From Chrysomallon squamiferum (Eukaryota > Animalia > Mollusca): a stretch of 64,000 nt of DNA. A program made the position numbers and the translations under genes. The stretch lies in NCBI GenBank assembly GCA_012295275.1, contig CM022679.1:9486001-9550000 (forward strand), written 5' to 3'. Of this stretch, positions 27,811-42,700 are shown one piece after another. The notes under the pieces were generated by a model. It was given only the letters and a program-made list of their open reading frames with translations, had not been told where the DNA came from and searched no databases. Each line of letters opens with the position of its first letter. Positions within the stretch are counted from its first letter, which is position 1.

Positions 27811-30042
27811 ATGGAGAGTACAACTACAAGGTAATTTATTTGATAGTATTATATCTTAATAGCTTAGAATACCTATAACTGTGTATATAAAAATATTTAT
27901 ATATTTTCACATTTCTTTTATTTATTTATTTATTTATTTATTTATTATTATTAGGATAGTGAACAATATTTTTGTTATTTATTTATTTATTTATTTTTAT
28001 TATCAAATTTATTATAGCTGGTCAGAATTAAAGTTTATAATGTTTTATTAACACCTTCAGTGTAGGGCGTTTTGGGGAAGTATGCAAATTGAAACAAGTT
28101 TCTGCTCGTACTTGCCATGATTTTCTGAATGCCGGGGAAGGCTGTAGTAGATCAATAATTGCCTACATCATCACTGGAAGTCACATCACTAATGTGCGGT
28201 AATTTTAAAAGTATGATGGAGATCACCATCATTCAGCACCCTATCATATATGTACTGCATTGTGGAGATCAGCACTGAAGGTGTTAATAAAATACTTAAG
28301 TAATGCAGAAAAAAAATGCATGAACAAGCACACTAAAACCCCCCAAAAAACCACTTTACATTACACAATTAATAAATATTTTAAATTTAAATTTTTTTTT
28401 TTTTTTTTTTTTTACAGCACTGGAGATGGGGCAGAAGAGGTAAGCTATCTGTCCCTGCCATGGGAACATGTCATCTACCGATACATCATGCCATGTTTTT
28501 CCCTCAAAGAGATATTCCAGCAGAGATACGTCAGCAAACGATTCAAGGAACTTGTCGACAGATACTTCGAGCTTACGTTTGTCATCGACATCAGTCGAGT
28601 GTCGGGCCAGATGACGTCACTTGCGTTTTCCATCATGGTCGCCAACAACCGGTGTCTGCGGTATCTGACACTGAGGAACGCCAAGGACTGGCTCTCTGAC
28701 GAGCTTCTGATTCCACTGCTGTCGAACAATCCCCATCTCCAGAAGCTGGATCTCTACAACTGTTCCAGTCTGACGAAAGCTAGTCTGACGGCTGTGGCAG
28801 AGCACTATAACTTAGAACATTTGGACTTGACAGGCTGCTGGGATCTGGATGACACTGCTGTTAGTTCTTTGGTGGTGAAGTGTAACAAGTAGGATATCTT
28901 TTGTTATATATTTGCAAATAACTGGCATAATCCTTAAAGTAAATAATAATTTTTGAAATTTAAAAAAATATATATATAAAATAAAAAAATTAAAAATAAT
29001 CATTTATTAATTAATACTAATTTTTATCCAGATGAAGTCATTTTTCTGTTTAAGTTTTTAATTGTTACCTGTAAATTCTTTTAATGACATCTTTAATTAC
29101 ATTATTCAGCAAGATCATTTTATTACAGTTACGGCACTTACACTTATTAGGATCTATATATAGTAAGCAGTTTCTGAATGTAATGAAAATTTGTAAACAA
29201 AATTAAAACAAAAGCTTAAATCTGAGTTTGCAAAATGTAACAAGATTTGTGCTGAATCGCCAATTTTTTTAAAGCTATATTTATCAAAAAATTAAAATTC
29301 GGTAATTAATTTTTCAATTTCTCTGTGATGCAAACATTGTTTATTTGTGTTATTTTAAAAGTTTAGAAATAAAATTTCAGACTGAAGTACCTGTCCCTGT
29401 CAGAGATCTCTAGTCTCACAGACAATGCTATCAATGTAGTAGCTCGCTACTGTCGACAGCTACGTCATCTGAACATCCAGGGTTGCTCTCAAGTCACAGA
29501 CAATTCCATCAAGTACATTTTACAAATGAATGAATGTTTATTAAAAGTTTGATATCAAAATAATCAACGTAATAATAATTTGATGTGCATTTCCAGTAAG
29601 ACCATGCAGGAAATTTTTTTTTTAAAGTTTTTTAATTATATCTGACTTACTTAAACTCTGACAAAATATATTGTACTGTGTACGTTTGAAATAACCATTA
29701 AATCATTTAAAAATTGCTGAAGCTTTGCAAATAAGCAGAAATAATCTTTGACCTGTTGTATTCATACCTAAAACAAATTTTGATTATATATTTTTTATGT
29801 TTCAGGCAATAAATATGGTAATGTAATATATAATAATGGATAATATTTTGATGTCAATTTGTAGGAGAGTTGGTGATTGCTGCCAGCACCTTGAAACACT
29901 ACAGGTCAAAGACTGTCGAGATATAACTGAATTAAGCCTGGCACCTCTTCGAGCTCGTGGAGTGAAAATAGACTGTGATCCTCTACCTGGAGCACAACTC
30001 TGTCTTACCTACTTTCCTCAGAATCTTAATCAACAAATCTAA
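27811..30042 (+). CDS. FBXL15: FBXL15 paralog, copy 2 (open frame, 266 aa, 27-codon in-frame deletion of about one LRR)
   Basis: Exons 27811-27830, 28418-28888, 29381-29512, 29865-30042; all GT-AG retained. AEH-CKELRVLILRDCHWVSAESISLVTLSLS-NLEH becomes AEH-Y-NLEH. Confidence 0.75.
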
Positions 30043-31091
30043 TAATGTAGATAAAAATTTACGTCACAATTTGTTTGCTATGGGGAAAGAAAAAGCGAAA
30101 AAACAAAAACCGAAATTAATGAAAATATACATCTGTGCTAGATTTATTTTTTGAGTTTAAAGAAGCACAGCTAAATATTTTTTCTGATTGGATTATTTTT
30201 ATTGAAAAGAAAATATTAATGGACACTAATGGAAAAAAGCTGTAAGTAATATAGTAAGTTTATAATGATAGAATTAGTATGAACCAGTGTTGTTCATATT
30301 ATTATGAATCAGAACATAGCTCCAGTGGGATTCATTTTGATTGTTGAGGTGTATCTTTGGTGGTATGAACAGATAACATGAGTACATTTTATAACTGCTC
30401 CCTGCTTTTACTTTATATAAGAATCAATTTTACTAACAGTAAGTATAATCAAATGAAGACAATAAACTCAAGGTGCAAGATAACATTTTGTATTTTATTA
30501 TGTTATTTTATACATCAAAATACAGAATGACACACCGAGGATCTAACAACTTGGCAGTGATTTAATCTTGTAACGATTACATTTTTATCACATTTGCTTG
30601 TAAGAAATCTTGAGAGAAAAAAATTAGAAATGATCAGCCTGTTATTTTGCTGTTTTGCCTATTTGAAAACAGATTATCAGATCAAAAACAAAACAAAAAA
30701 CCCAATGTCTTGAAAGTACGCAAAATATTGATAAGCCATTTGTGTGTCCCATCAGAAACAAATATCTAAAATGAATGTTTGTGTACATTTGTTATTGCAT
30801 CACTATAACTTGTTTTATTATCTTCTTTCAGATAAATATTATCACATTTTTTTTTTACCATCTTGTTATTAATAATAGAAAATATGTTAGTTATTAGTAT
30901 CAACATACTAATAAAAAAAATCTCTGTTAATTTGTATTTCTTGTTCAAACTTTCATATACTTTGTGTTACAATTTTCAGTGTTGCAAAAACACTTTTTAA
31001 ACAAAATGTAAGCAGTCACATAATTTTTGCATCTACCAAATTTTATTTATTTAAAATTTACATATCAAAGCAGTTGAATTAAAATTTTAAT

Positions 31092-34000
31092 TTATAATGT
31101 TTTTGATATAACTGCAAAGGAAGGCAGATCATCATCAGTATCGCTACTGTCTGGTGCTATAGGTTGTAACATTTCACTAAATTTCTGTCTTTTTAGTGCT
31201 GTTTTGTGTTTTCTCTGAGGCAATTTTTCCTTCTGTCTCACTTTATCTTTTGATGGACTGGCCAGTTTGGTTTCTGACCAACTTTCTTCATCTCCATGAG
31301 CAGATGTCTGAGATTCATCATCTGGAAAACAATTAAAATTTTAAGCAAAATTTACATCCATTCTCATATAAACTAAAACAGCTGTATCTCAACAAGAAGT
31401 ATGTTCTTTTTCATGTGAGAAGAAAGTATAAAATCAAATCTATCAAAACCCATTCTAAAAAATATTTGCAGCGTACTCCCACCAATAACTATAAATATCA
31501 TAGTTACTTCCCTTTGTTTCTATATTAAAATGTGAAAATATTGCATAAAACCTAATTGAACATAGGCTTTTAGATTATTATCAGTTTTGTATTACTTTTC
31601 ATATGATATTCCTAGGATAACAGAAAGGTATAACAGTGAAAAATCTGTTGCTGTCAGTGATGAAATACTATTTGTATTTTTGTTTTGCCTACATTTTGTC
31701 TTAAATATTTATTAAACTGGTGAATTACATGATATTCTAAAAAGATTTTCTTATAAGGACAAATTATAACCCGATAAAGACATTGGTGGACTTTCATTTT
31801 CTTTTGTAGTTTTTCTTTTTCTTTTTCCTGTCTGTTTTTTTTTCTTGGTTATGCTTCTTCCACTTGCAGATTCCTGACTTGAAATGTGTTCTTTGATGAT
31901 GTCTCTGAGTTTCTTTTCCACTCTATCACTTCTCTGAATTCCATCAGGCAATTCTGTTTAAAAAAAATTAATAATAATAATTTTCAAAAAAAGATTAAAA
32001 ATGAATTGAGTGTAAGATGTGCATATAAAGTGTAAGATATAATACAAAAAAATATGTATGAATAAAAGAAGCTTCAGTGTTATTGAAGTGACTTCTGGAT
32101 TACTACCTATTCCTTGTCACAGATCAGATCACAGAGAAAATATCCCTATTTAATACCACAAGTCATTCTTATCTGCAGTGTGAAGTTACGGATACAATAA
32201 TAATTAAACTATTTACTTTTTAGAAATGTTTTTACTATTAGATGATGTAAATTTGTGTTAAAACACAATTTTAGGTTTGTTTCATGATGACGATAATGTT
32301 TGAGATGACCTGCCTTAAGAATAACAAAATCCCAACAAAACCAGTATGGAATTTTTAGAGTTATCAGTCTTTTATAATGTAATCTGATATGCACCAGCAT
32401 TTTATTCCATTTTTGTATGTTGTTATTCCCTTTATCATTATTAAGTTAACTGTGGTAGAAAATACAGTACTTTGTAATCTTAAAAATTAAATTTGTAGAG
32501 TTTTTATTAAGTGACCGACTATTGGTCAATTGAACATATTAGAGAGAGGGATCATCAATAATGGAATATGCTTCACATTACAGCAATCTAGTTGATAAAA
32601 CTGACTACATACCTTCACAGTGTTGTAGCATTTGTGACCAGAGGTTATTTTTAGACAGATTTTTCAGATTACCAACTACAAGAAGATGATGTCTTGCTCT
32701 GGTTAAGGCTACATTCATTCTCCTGAAATATATTGAAACATTTTCAAATTTAATATTGATTGATATACAGTCCAAAGATAATTTAAATTAGTTATAAATA
32801 AAACAACAACATTCAAATAGAACTGAAACCACCCCACAAAAAAAAAAACACAAAAAATAAAAACAACCACAAATTGATCATCAAATATACCAAAATCAAC
32901 CATTAAATGAAGACAATTTGTTTTTTTTAACATTTCACGATATTTTTATATTGACGGTATTTAGTTCTCATTTATAATGCATTGCAAAGTAATACGATAT
33001 AAACATCCAAAACTATCTGTAAAATAAATAGTCAAGGAAAAAAAGCTAAGAACCCACACACTGAGTTTTATTCTGTGGGGATGCAGACCAATTCCAAGAT
33101 AAACAAACTCTAGACTACTTGAATATTTCATCATTTCAAACTGATCAGATGATAAATTTTGCTAGGTAAAACCTCACTTGTTGCAATCAATGAAGCCGAG
33201 ACTGTTGGATCGAACACATGACAAAATGATCACATCTCTTTCTCCTCCTTGAAAAGCATCCACTGTGGAGACCTGAATTCCTTTCACTGCTTTGTGGCTT
33301 GCAGACCTGGTATTAAAACAAGGGATCTTGGAATTAAAAATTCTTCAAAACATAAAATTTTAAAAAACAAAAATATCACGAATTATACTCTGGAAATGGC
33401 ATGAATTCAAATTTCATAATTTAAATGACAAATTTAATATACGAATAAAAAAATAGTGGTGTGCTTAATTTAATACTGGTATTTTTATTTCCTTTTGTAA
33501 TGTACTGCCAATTTTTTTTATTAATGTTTAAATTCAAACTTCAGTTAATCATCATAATAACATCTTGCAGCAATATGAAAGTACACAAATACAACAGTTA
33601 TAATTGAAAAATGTTCTATACATCTGTGGAATTTTTATTAGAAAAATGATTTTAGAAAATACAGAAACAATGATGCATAATTTATCACTGTTTATTATTC
33701 AGTGAAACTCAAATAAATTTATGAGCACTGTGACATAGATAATATAAATTATTATGCAAAATACTAGTTTTAACTTCAAATTAGTTATTAACATTAATTA
33801 CTTTGTGTAATTTGTGCTGTGTGCATTCAACTGGTAAAAATAATTTATTAGAAAATGATACTTTTGATGCTATCTGTAAAATTTCGAGCAAAATCGACCA
33901 CAAATCTGTCTCCCATTAATCAAAGAGTTCCCACTCATACCTCCATGATGCTAATTTCCGTTTAATGTCTAAAGCATTACCTGCTGCTGTAAAGCAGAGC

Positions 34001-35087
34001 ATTGATCTTGAACACCTGAGCTTTGTAAAGTGTGATGACCCCTATCACAGATGGATCCACCCCTTCTGCAATCAGTGTGTCAATGACGAGGACAACAAAC
34101 TGAGCTTCAGAGTCATTGTAGTAACTGCCAGATCCCTCATCGCATTCCTTACCACAGCTAACATCATAGAAACACAGGGTGGGGAACGTTTGCTGAAATC
34201 GGTATTTGTTTTTAAAGCTAAGTTATTATTAATATAGTCACTAATTACTGATGTTATGTAGTTTTAATAAAATTTAAGTAATATATATGGTACATTGTTT
34301 TGAAATATACTAAATATATTGCAAAATATAAATATAATATTTTCTTCTTAAGAGAGGAGCTAATTAAATTTTATTATCAATGAGAAAAATTCTAAATGAA
34401 CGTTTGTTTATAGTTATTTACTAAATTCTATAAAAAATAAAGACAGTTAATAATCTTATAAATGTAACACTTTACACTTGAGTAAATAACTAGTAAAATC
34501 AAACAAGAAAAAGTACCATTTTTGAAAACAAATGTAGAAAAAGATTTTTCATTTTAAAAAGTTATATATATCGGTGCTCTGTGACTTTGCTAACACTATC
34601 GTCTTTTCAAAGAAACTTACAGAAAGAGGTTGACGATCTTGTTCAGTGATTCCATCTTTAAGCTGACTGTTGTAAAACAGGTGATTTGATATAGCACTTA
34701 ACAGTGGATGACATCTGTACTGGGTACGAAGTATCACAGGAGGATAGCCCTGAAATATAAATAAAATTAAAAAATAATTAAAATTATATATTTTCGTAAT
34801 GCACATTCAGAATCTAATTACAAATATTTTATGAATCTTTTTAATATATCTGTAAATAAACATCTTGAATCTAATTACTCAAATTAGTGTAAATAATAAA
34901 AAATAAAAGTAAGAGAAGAAAATAAATAGTCAGACATGAAAATATGTGTCGTCAGTGTTAATATTTTGTTTGTAAATGAAGTATTACTTAATGTTATACT
35001 GACCATCTTCATCAGTCTGTCGAACATTGTCTGTTCCAAGCCTTGATTGTGAGCTGCCTCAGATCCCTGGATTGTTGGATCCAGTTG
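31092..35087 (-). pseudogene. ZGRF1: Orphan copy of the last seven ZGRF1 exons, unit 2
   Basis: Nearly identical to the unit 1 fragment; splice sites and frames intact; no upstream exons. Confidence 0.8.
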
Positions 35088-35321
35088 CTAAGAAACAAAA
35101 ATCAGGTATAAGTAACAATAGGTTTAAGTAATACCCCAAATCGACAAAAATCAGTTCAACATTGGTAAATTTCCTAATTATTAATTATTCCTAAAAGATA
35201 AATAAATTAACTCTTTCAATGTCAGCATTAAGAATAAATATTTTTATATCTACCATTGTATTAAAAATTTTATAATTCTGTTAAATGTTGTTTTATCAAT
35301 AATGCTTAGTACACAGTGTTA

Positions 35322-36224
35322 AAAGATGTTTTCGAAAGATACGAACCCGATCAAGACTCACATTGATACGCAGTGGTGTGTCAAGCAGTAAATCCTTCTT
35401 TAAAATCAGACATAGCATACAAGGATTACAAAGCAAAGGAATATACATAATTCATAACAAGATCAGCAAACAAATCTTTTTTTTTCATTTTTTCAGCTCG
35501 ACTAAGTAGAATACAATTTAGTTGGTGCCCGCGGTGTATCGTGGAGGAAAACAGTTACATAATTTGTGCGGAAACCGAAACTAGGTTGCATTGACGGGAC
35601 CCGCTCAGTAGTTAACTGGGGTTAATTCCACAGATATACTTTCATATAGGTATACTGAGAGTATTCACGATTGCTCTAAATATGTAGCATATAAATTTAA
35701 ACTCTGTCTTCAAGTCTTATTTTTAATAAATGATTTTTCTCCGATTCTTCATACTAGTCCTTAGTTACTTGATTAACAACACATTACATTTTATTACTTT
35801 ATTAATATTAGTTCTAGACCAATCATTTAATTATTGTACAGTGTAATGAATAGACTATAAAAACTAGATTTGAAAAATCGGATTTAATTATTTTTAAATA
35901 CTAACAATTTCACCATTAATTGTTATTAAAATTAATAATCAGAGATGAAAATAATCCTGATTAATTTTATTTTACTTCCTAGTTGGCAGCACATCACAGA
36001 AACTTTTTATCATTCACTGCAGTATGTAAAATCTCTATTTATATTTCTGTTCTTTTAACCTTTAGGTGACTTTATATGAATAAAAACAAACAATGAAAGA
36101 TTTGAAATGATACTCACATGGAGAGTACAACTACAAGGTAATTTATTTGATAGTATTATATCTTAATAGCTTAGAATACCTATAACTGTGTATATAAAAA
36201 TATTTAGATATTTTCACATTTCTT

Positions 36225-36259
<35 letters not shown>

Positions 36260-36716
36260 TTATTATTAGGATATTGAACAATATTTTTGTTATTTATTTA
36301 TTTATTTATTTTTATTATCAAATTTATTATAGCTGGTCAGAATTAAAGTTTATAATGTTTTATTAACACCTTCAGTGTAGGGCGTTTTGGGGAAGTATGC
36401 AAATTGAAATAAGTTTCTGCTCGTACTTGCCATGATTTTCTGAATGCCGGGGAAGGCTGTAGTAGATCAATAATTGCCTACATCAGCATTGGAAGTCACA
36501 TCACGAATGTGCGGCAATTTTAAAAGTATGACGAAGATCACCGTCATTCAGCACCCTATCATATACATACTGCGTTGTGAAGATCAGCACTGAAAGTGTT
36601 AATAAAATACTTAAGTAATGCAGAAAAAAAATACATGAACAAGCACACTAAAAAAAATCCCAACCCCCCAAAAAAACCCACTTTACATTGCACAATTAAT
36701 AAATATTTTAAATTTT

Positions 36717-36751
<35 letters not shown>

Positions 36752-39700
36752 GCACTGGAGATGGGGCAGAAGAGGTAAGCTATCTGTCCCTGCCATGGGA
36801 ACATGTCATCTACCGATACATCATGCCATGTTTGTCCCTCAAAGAGATATTCCAGCAGAGATACGTCAGCAAACGATTCAAGGAACTTGTCGACAGATAC
36901 TTCGAGCTTACGTTTGTCATCGACATCAGTCGAGTGTCGGGCCAGATGACGTCACTTGCGTTTTCCATCATGGTCGCCAACAACCGGTGTCTGCGGTATC
37001 TGACACTGAGGAACGCCAAGGACTGGCTCTCTGACGAGCTTCTGATTCCAGTGCTGTCGAACAATCCCCATCTCCAGAAGCTGGATCTCTACAACTGTTC
37101 CAGTCTAGTCTGACGGCTGTGGCAGACACTGTAAAAGCTGCGTGTGTTGATTCTCAGAGACTGTCACTGGGTGAGGCTGTGGTGACGCAGTCTCATAACT
37201 TAGAACATTTGGACTTGACAGGGTGCTGGGATCTGCATGACACTGCTGTTAGTTCTTTGGTTGTGAAGTGTAACAAGTAGGACATCTTTTGTTATATATT
37301 TGCAAATAGCTGGCATAATCTTTAATGTAAATAATAATTTTTGAAATTTAAAAAAATATATATATAAAATAAAAAAAATAAAAAATAATCATTTATTAAT
37401 TAATACTAATTTTTATCCAGATGAAGTCATTTTTCTGTTTAAGTTTTTAATTGTTACCTGTAAATTCTTTTAATGACATCTTTAATTATGTTATTCAGCA
37501 AGATCATTTTATTACAGTTACAGCACTTACCCTTATTAGGATCTATATATAGTAAGCAATTTCTGAACGTAATGAAAATTTGTAAACAAAATTAAAACAA
37601 AAGTTTAAATCTGAGTTTGCAAAATGTAACCAGATTTGTGCTGAATCGCCAATTTTTTTTAACTATATTTATCAAAAAATTAAAATTCGGTAATTAATTT
37701 TTCAATTTCTCTGTGATGCAAACATTGTTTATTTGTGTTATTTTAAAAGTTCAGAAATAAAATTTCAGACTGAAGTACCTGTCCCTGTCAAAGATCTATA
37801 GTCTCACAGACAATGCTATCAATGTAGTAGCTCGCTATTGTCGACAGCTCCGTCATCTAAACATCCAGGGTTGCTGGCGAGTCACAAACGATTCCATCAG
37901 GTACATTTTACAAATGAATGAATGTTTATTAAAAGTTTGATATCAAAATAATCAACGTAATAATAATTTGATGTGCATTTCCAGTAACACCATGCAGGAA
38001 AAAGTTTTTTTTTTTAATTAAGTTAAATATATGTTTTTTAAAAGGTTTTTAATTATATCAAAAATATTTATTAAGACAAACTTAAACTTTGATAAATATA
38101 AAATATATTGTATTGTGTACGTTTGAAATAACCATTAAATCATTTAAAAATTGCTGAAGCTTTGCAAATAAGCAGAAATAATTTTTGACCTTTTGTATTC
38201 ATACCTAAAACAAATTTTGATTATATATTTTTTATGTTTCAGGCAATAAATATGGTAATGTAATATATAATAATGGATAATATTTTGATGTCAATTTGTA
38301 GGAGAGTTGGTGATTGCTGCCAGCACCTTGAAACACTACAGGTCAAAGACTGTCGAGATATAACTGAATTAAGCCTGGCACATCTTCGAGCTCGTGGAGT
38401 GAAAATAGACTGTGATCCTCTACCTGGAGCACAACTCTGTCTTACCTACTTTCCTCAGAATCTTAATCAACAAATCTAATAATGTAGATAAAAATTTACG
38501 TCACAATTTGTTTGCTATGGGGAAAGAAAAAGCAAAAAAAAAAAACCGAAATTAATGAAAATATACATCTGTGCTAGATTTATTTTTTGAGTTTAAAGAA
38601 GCACAGCTAAATATCTTTTGTGATTGGATAATTTTTATTGAAAAGTAAATATTAATGGACACTAATTGAAAAAAGCTGTAAGTAATATAGTAAGTTTATA
38701 ATTATAGAATTAGTATAAACCAGTGTTGTTCATATTATTACGTATCAGAACATAGCTCCAGTGGGATTCATTTTGATTGTTGAGGTGTATCTTTGGTGGT
38801 ATGAACAGATAACTTGAGTACATTTTATAACTGCTCCCTGCTTTTACTTTATATAAGAATCAATTTTACTAACAGTAGGTATAATCAAATAAAGACAATA
38901 AACTCAAGGTGCAAGATAACATTTTGTATTTTATTATGTTATTTTATACATCAACATACAGAATGACACACCGAGGATCTAACAACTTGGCAGTGATTTA
39001 ATCTTGTAAGGATTACATTTATATCACATTTGCTTGTAAGAAATCTTGAGAGAAAAAAATTAGAAATGATCAGCCTTTACGCACCTTCACAGGTATGTTA
39101 TTTTGCTGTTTTGCCTATTTGAAAACAGATTATCAGATCAAAAACAAAACAAAAAACCCAATGTCTTGAAAGTACGCAAAATATTGATAAGCCATTTGTG
39201 TGTCCCATCAGAAACAAATATCTAAAATGAATGTTTGTGTACATTTGTTATTGCATCACTATAACTTGTTTTATTATCTTCTTTCAGATAAATATTATCA
39301 CATTTTTTTTTTACCATCTTGTTATTAATAATAGGAATTATGTTAGTTATTAGTATCAACATACTAATAAAAAAAATCTCTGTTAATTTGTATTTCTTGT
39401 TCAAACTTTCATATACTTTGTGTTACAATTTTCAGTGTTGCAAAAACACTTTTTAAACAAAATGTAAGCAGTCACATCATTTTTGCATCTACCAAATTTT
39501 ATTTATTTAAAATTTACATATCAAAGCAGTTGAATTAAAATTTTAATTTATAATGTTTTTGATATAACTGCAAAGGAAGGCAGATCATCATCAGTATCGC
39601 TACTGTCTGGTGCTATAGGTTGTAACATTTCACTAAATTTCTGTCTTTTTAGTGCTGTTTTGTGTTTTATCTGAGGCAATTTTTCCTTCTGTCTCACTTT

Positions 39701-42700
39701 ATCTTTTGATGGACTGGCCAGTTTGGTTTCTGACCAACTTTCTTCATCTCCATGAGCAGATGTCTGAGATTCATCATCTGGAAAACAATTAAAATTTTAA
39801 GGAAAATTTACATCCAGTCTCATATAAACCAAAACAGCTGTATCTCAACAAGAAGTATGTTCTTTTTCATGTGAGAAGAAAGTATAAAATCAAATCTATC
39901 AAAACCCATTCTAAAAAATATTTGCAGTTTACTCCCACCAATAACTATAAATATCATAGTTACTTCCCTTTGTTTCTATATTAAAATGTGAAAATATTGC
40001 ATAAAACCTAATTGAACATAGGCATTTAGATTATTATCAGTTTTGTATTACTTTTCATATGATATTCCTAGGATAACAGAAAGGTATAACAGTGAAAAAT
40101 CTTTTGCTGTCAGTGATGAAATACTATTTGTATTTTTGTTTTGCCAACATTTTGTCTTAAATATTTATTAAACTGGTGAATTACATGATATTCTAAAAAG
40201 ATTTTCTTATAAGGACAAATTATAACCTGATAAAGACATTGGTGGACTTTCATTTTCTTTTGTAGTTTTTCTTTTTCTTTTTCCTGTCTGTTTTTTTTTC
40301 TTGGTTATGCTGCTTCCACTTGCAGATTCCTGACTTGAAATGTGTTCTTTGATGATGTCTCTGAGTTTCTTTTCCACTCTATCACTTCTCTGAATTCCAT
40401 CAGGCAATTCTGTTTAAAAAAAAAAAAAAAATAATAATTTTCAAAAAAAGATTAAAAATGAACTGAGTGTAAGATGTGCATATAAAGTGTAAGATATAAT
40501 TCAAAAAATATGTATAAATAAAAGAAGCTTCAGTGTTATTGAAGTGAATTCTGGATTACTACCTATTCCTTGTCACAGATCAGATCACAGAGAAAAGATC
40601 CCTATTTAATACCACAAGTCATTTTTATCTGCAGTGTGAAGTTACGGATACAATAATAATTAAACTATTTACTTTTTAGAAATGTTTTTACTATTAGATG
40701 ATGTAAATTTGTGTTAAAACACAATTTTAGGTTTGTTTCATGATGACGATAATGTTTGAGGTGACCTGGCTTAAGAATAACAAAATCCCAACAAAAACCA
40801 GTATGGAATTTTTAGAGTTATCAGTCTTTTATAATGTAATCTGATATGCACTAGCATTTTATTCCATTTTTGTATGTTGTTATTCCCTTTATCATTATTA
40901 AGTCAACTGTAGTAGAAAATACAATACTTTTGTAATCTTAAAAATTAAATTTGTAGAGTTCTTATTGAGTGACCGAGCAGAAAAATATATTGGTCAATAG
41001 TACATATTAGAGAGAGGGATAACCAATAATGGAATATGCTTCACATTACAGCAATCTAGTTAATAAAACTGAATACATACCTTCACAGTGTTGTAGCATT
41101 TGTGACCAGAGGTTATTTTTAGACAGATTTTTCAGATTACCAACTACAAGAAGATGGTGTCTTGCTCTGGTTAAGGCTACATTCATTCTCCTGAAATAGA
41201 TTGAAACATTTTCAACTTTAATATTGGTTGATATACAGCCAAAGATAAACTTAAAACTGACAAAAAACAACAACATTCAAACAGAACTGAAAAAACACCC
41301 CACAAATTAATCAACAAACATACCAAAATCAATCAACCTTTAAATGAAGACGATTTGTTGTTTTTAACACCTCAAGATGTTTCTGTATTGATGGTTATTA
41401 GGTCTCATTTATACAACACTGCAAAGTAATATGATATAAACACTGAGTTTTATTCTGTGGGGATGCAGACCAATTCCAAGATAAACAAACTCTAGACTAC
41501 TTGAATATTTCATCATTTCAAACTGACCAGATGATAAATTTTGCTAGGTAAAATCTCACTTGTTGCAATCAATGAAGCCGAGACTGTTGGATCGAACACA
41601 TGACAAAATGATCACATCTCTTTCTCCTCCTTGAAAAGCATCCACTGTGGAGACCTGAATTCCTTTCACTGCTTTGTGGCTTGCAGACCTGGTATTAAAA
41701 CAAGGGAATTAATCTTGGAATTAAAAATTCTTCAAAAAACATAAAATTTAAAAAAAAACAAAAATGTTCACGAATTATACTCTGGAAATGGCATGAATTC
41801 AAATTTCATAATTTAAATGACAAATTTAATATACGAATAAAAAAATAGTGGTGTGCTTAATTTAATACTGGTATTTTTATTTCCTTTTGTAATGTACTGC
41901 CAATTTTTTTTATTAATGTTTAAATTCAAACTTCAGTTAATCATCATAATAACATCTTGCAGCAATATGAAAGTACACAAATACAACAGTTATAATTAAA
42001 AAAATGTTCTATATATCTGTGGAATTTTTATTAGAAAAATGATTTTAGAAAATACAGAAACAAAGATGCATAATTTATCACTGTTTATTATTCAGTGAAA
42101 CTCAAATACATTTATGAGCACTGTGACATAGAAAATATAAATTATTATGCAAAATACTAGTTTTAACTTCAAATTAGTTATTAACATTAATTACGTTGTG
42201 TAATGTGTGCTGTGTGCATTCAACTGGTAAAAATAATTTATTAGAAAATGATAACTTTTGATGTTATCTGTAAAATTTTGAGCAAAATTGACCACAAATC
42301 TGTCTCCCATTAATCAAAGAGTTCCCACTCATACCTCCATGATGCTAATTTCCGTTTAATGTCTAAAGCATTACCTGCTGCTGTAAAGCAGAGCATTGAT
42401 CTTGAACACCTGAGCTTTGTAAAGTGTGATGACCCCTATAACAGATGGGTCCACCCCTTCTGCAATCAGTGTGTCAATGATGAGGACAACAAACTGAGCT
42501 TCAGAGTCATTGTAGTAACTGCCAGATCCCTCATCGCATTCCTTACCACAGCCAACGTCATAGAAACACAGGGTGGGGAACGTTTGCTGAAATCGGTATT
42601 TGTTTTTAAAGCTAAGTTATTATTAATATAGTCACTAATTACTGATGTTATGTAGTTTTAATAAAATTTAAGTAATATATATGGTACATTGTTTTGAAAT

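Larger units (their letters stand above)
27022..35321. repeat. Tandem segmental duplication unit 2 (8.3 kb)
   Basis: Bounded on both sides by the same novel junction ACACAGTGTT-AAAA-GATGTTTTCG. Confidence 0.95.
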
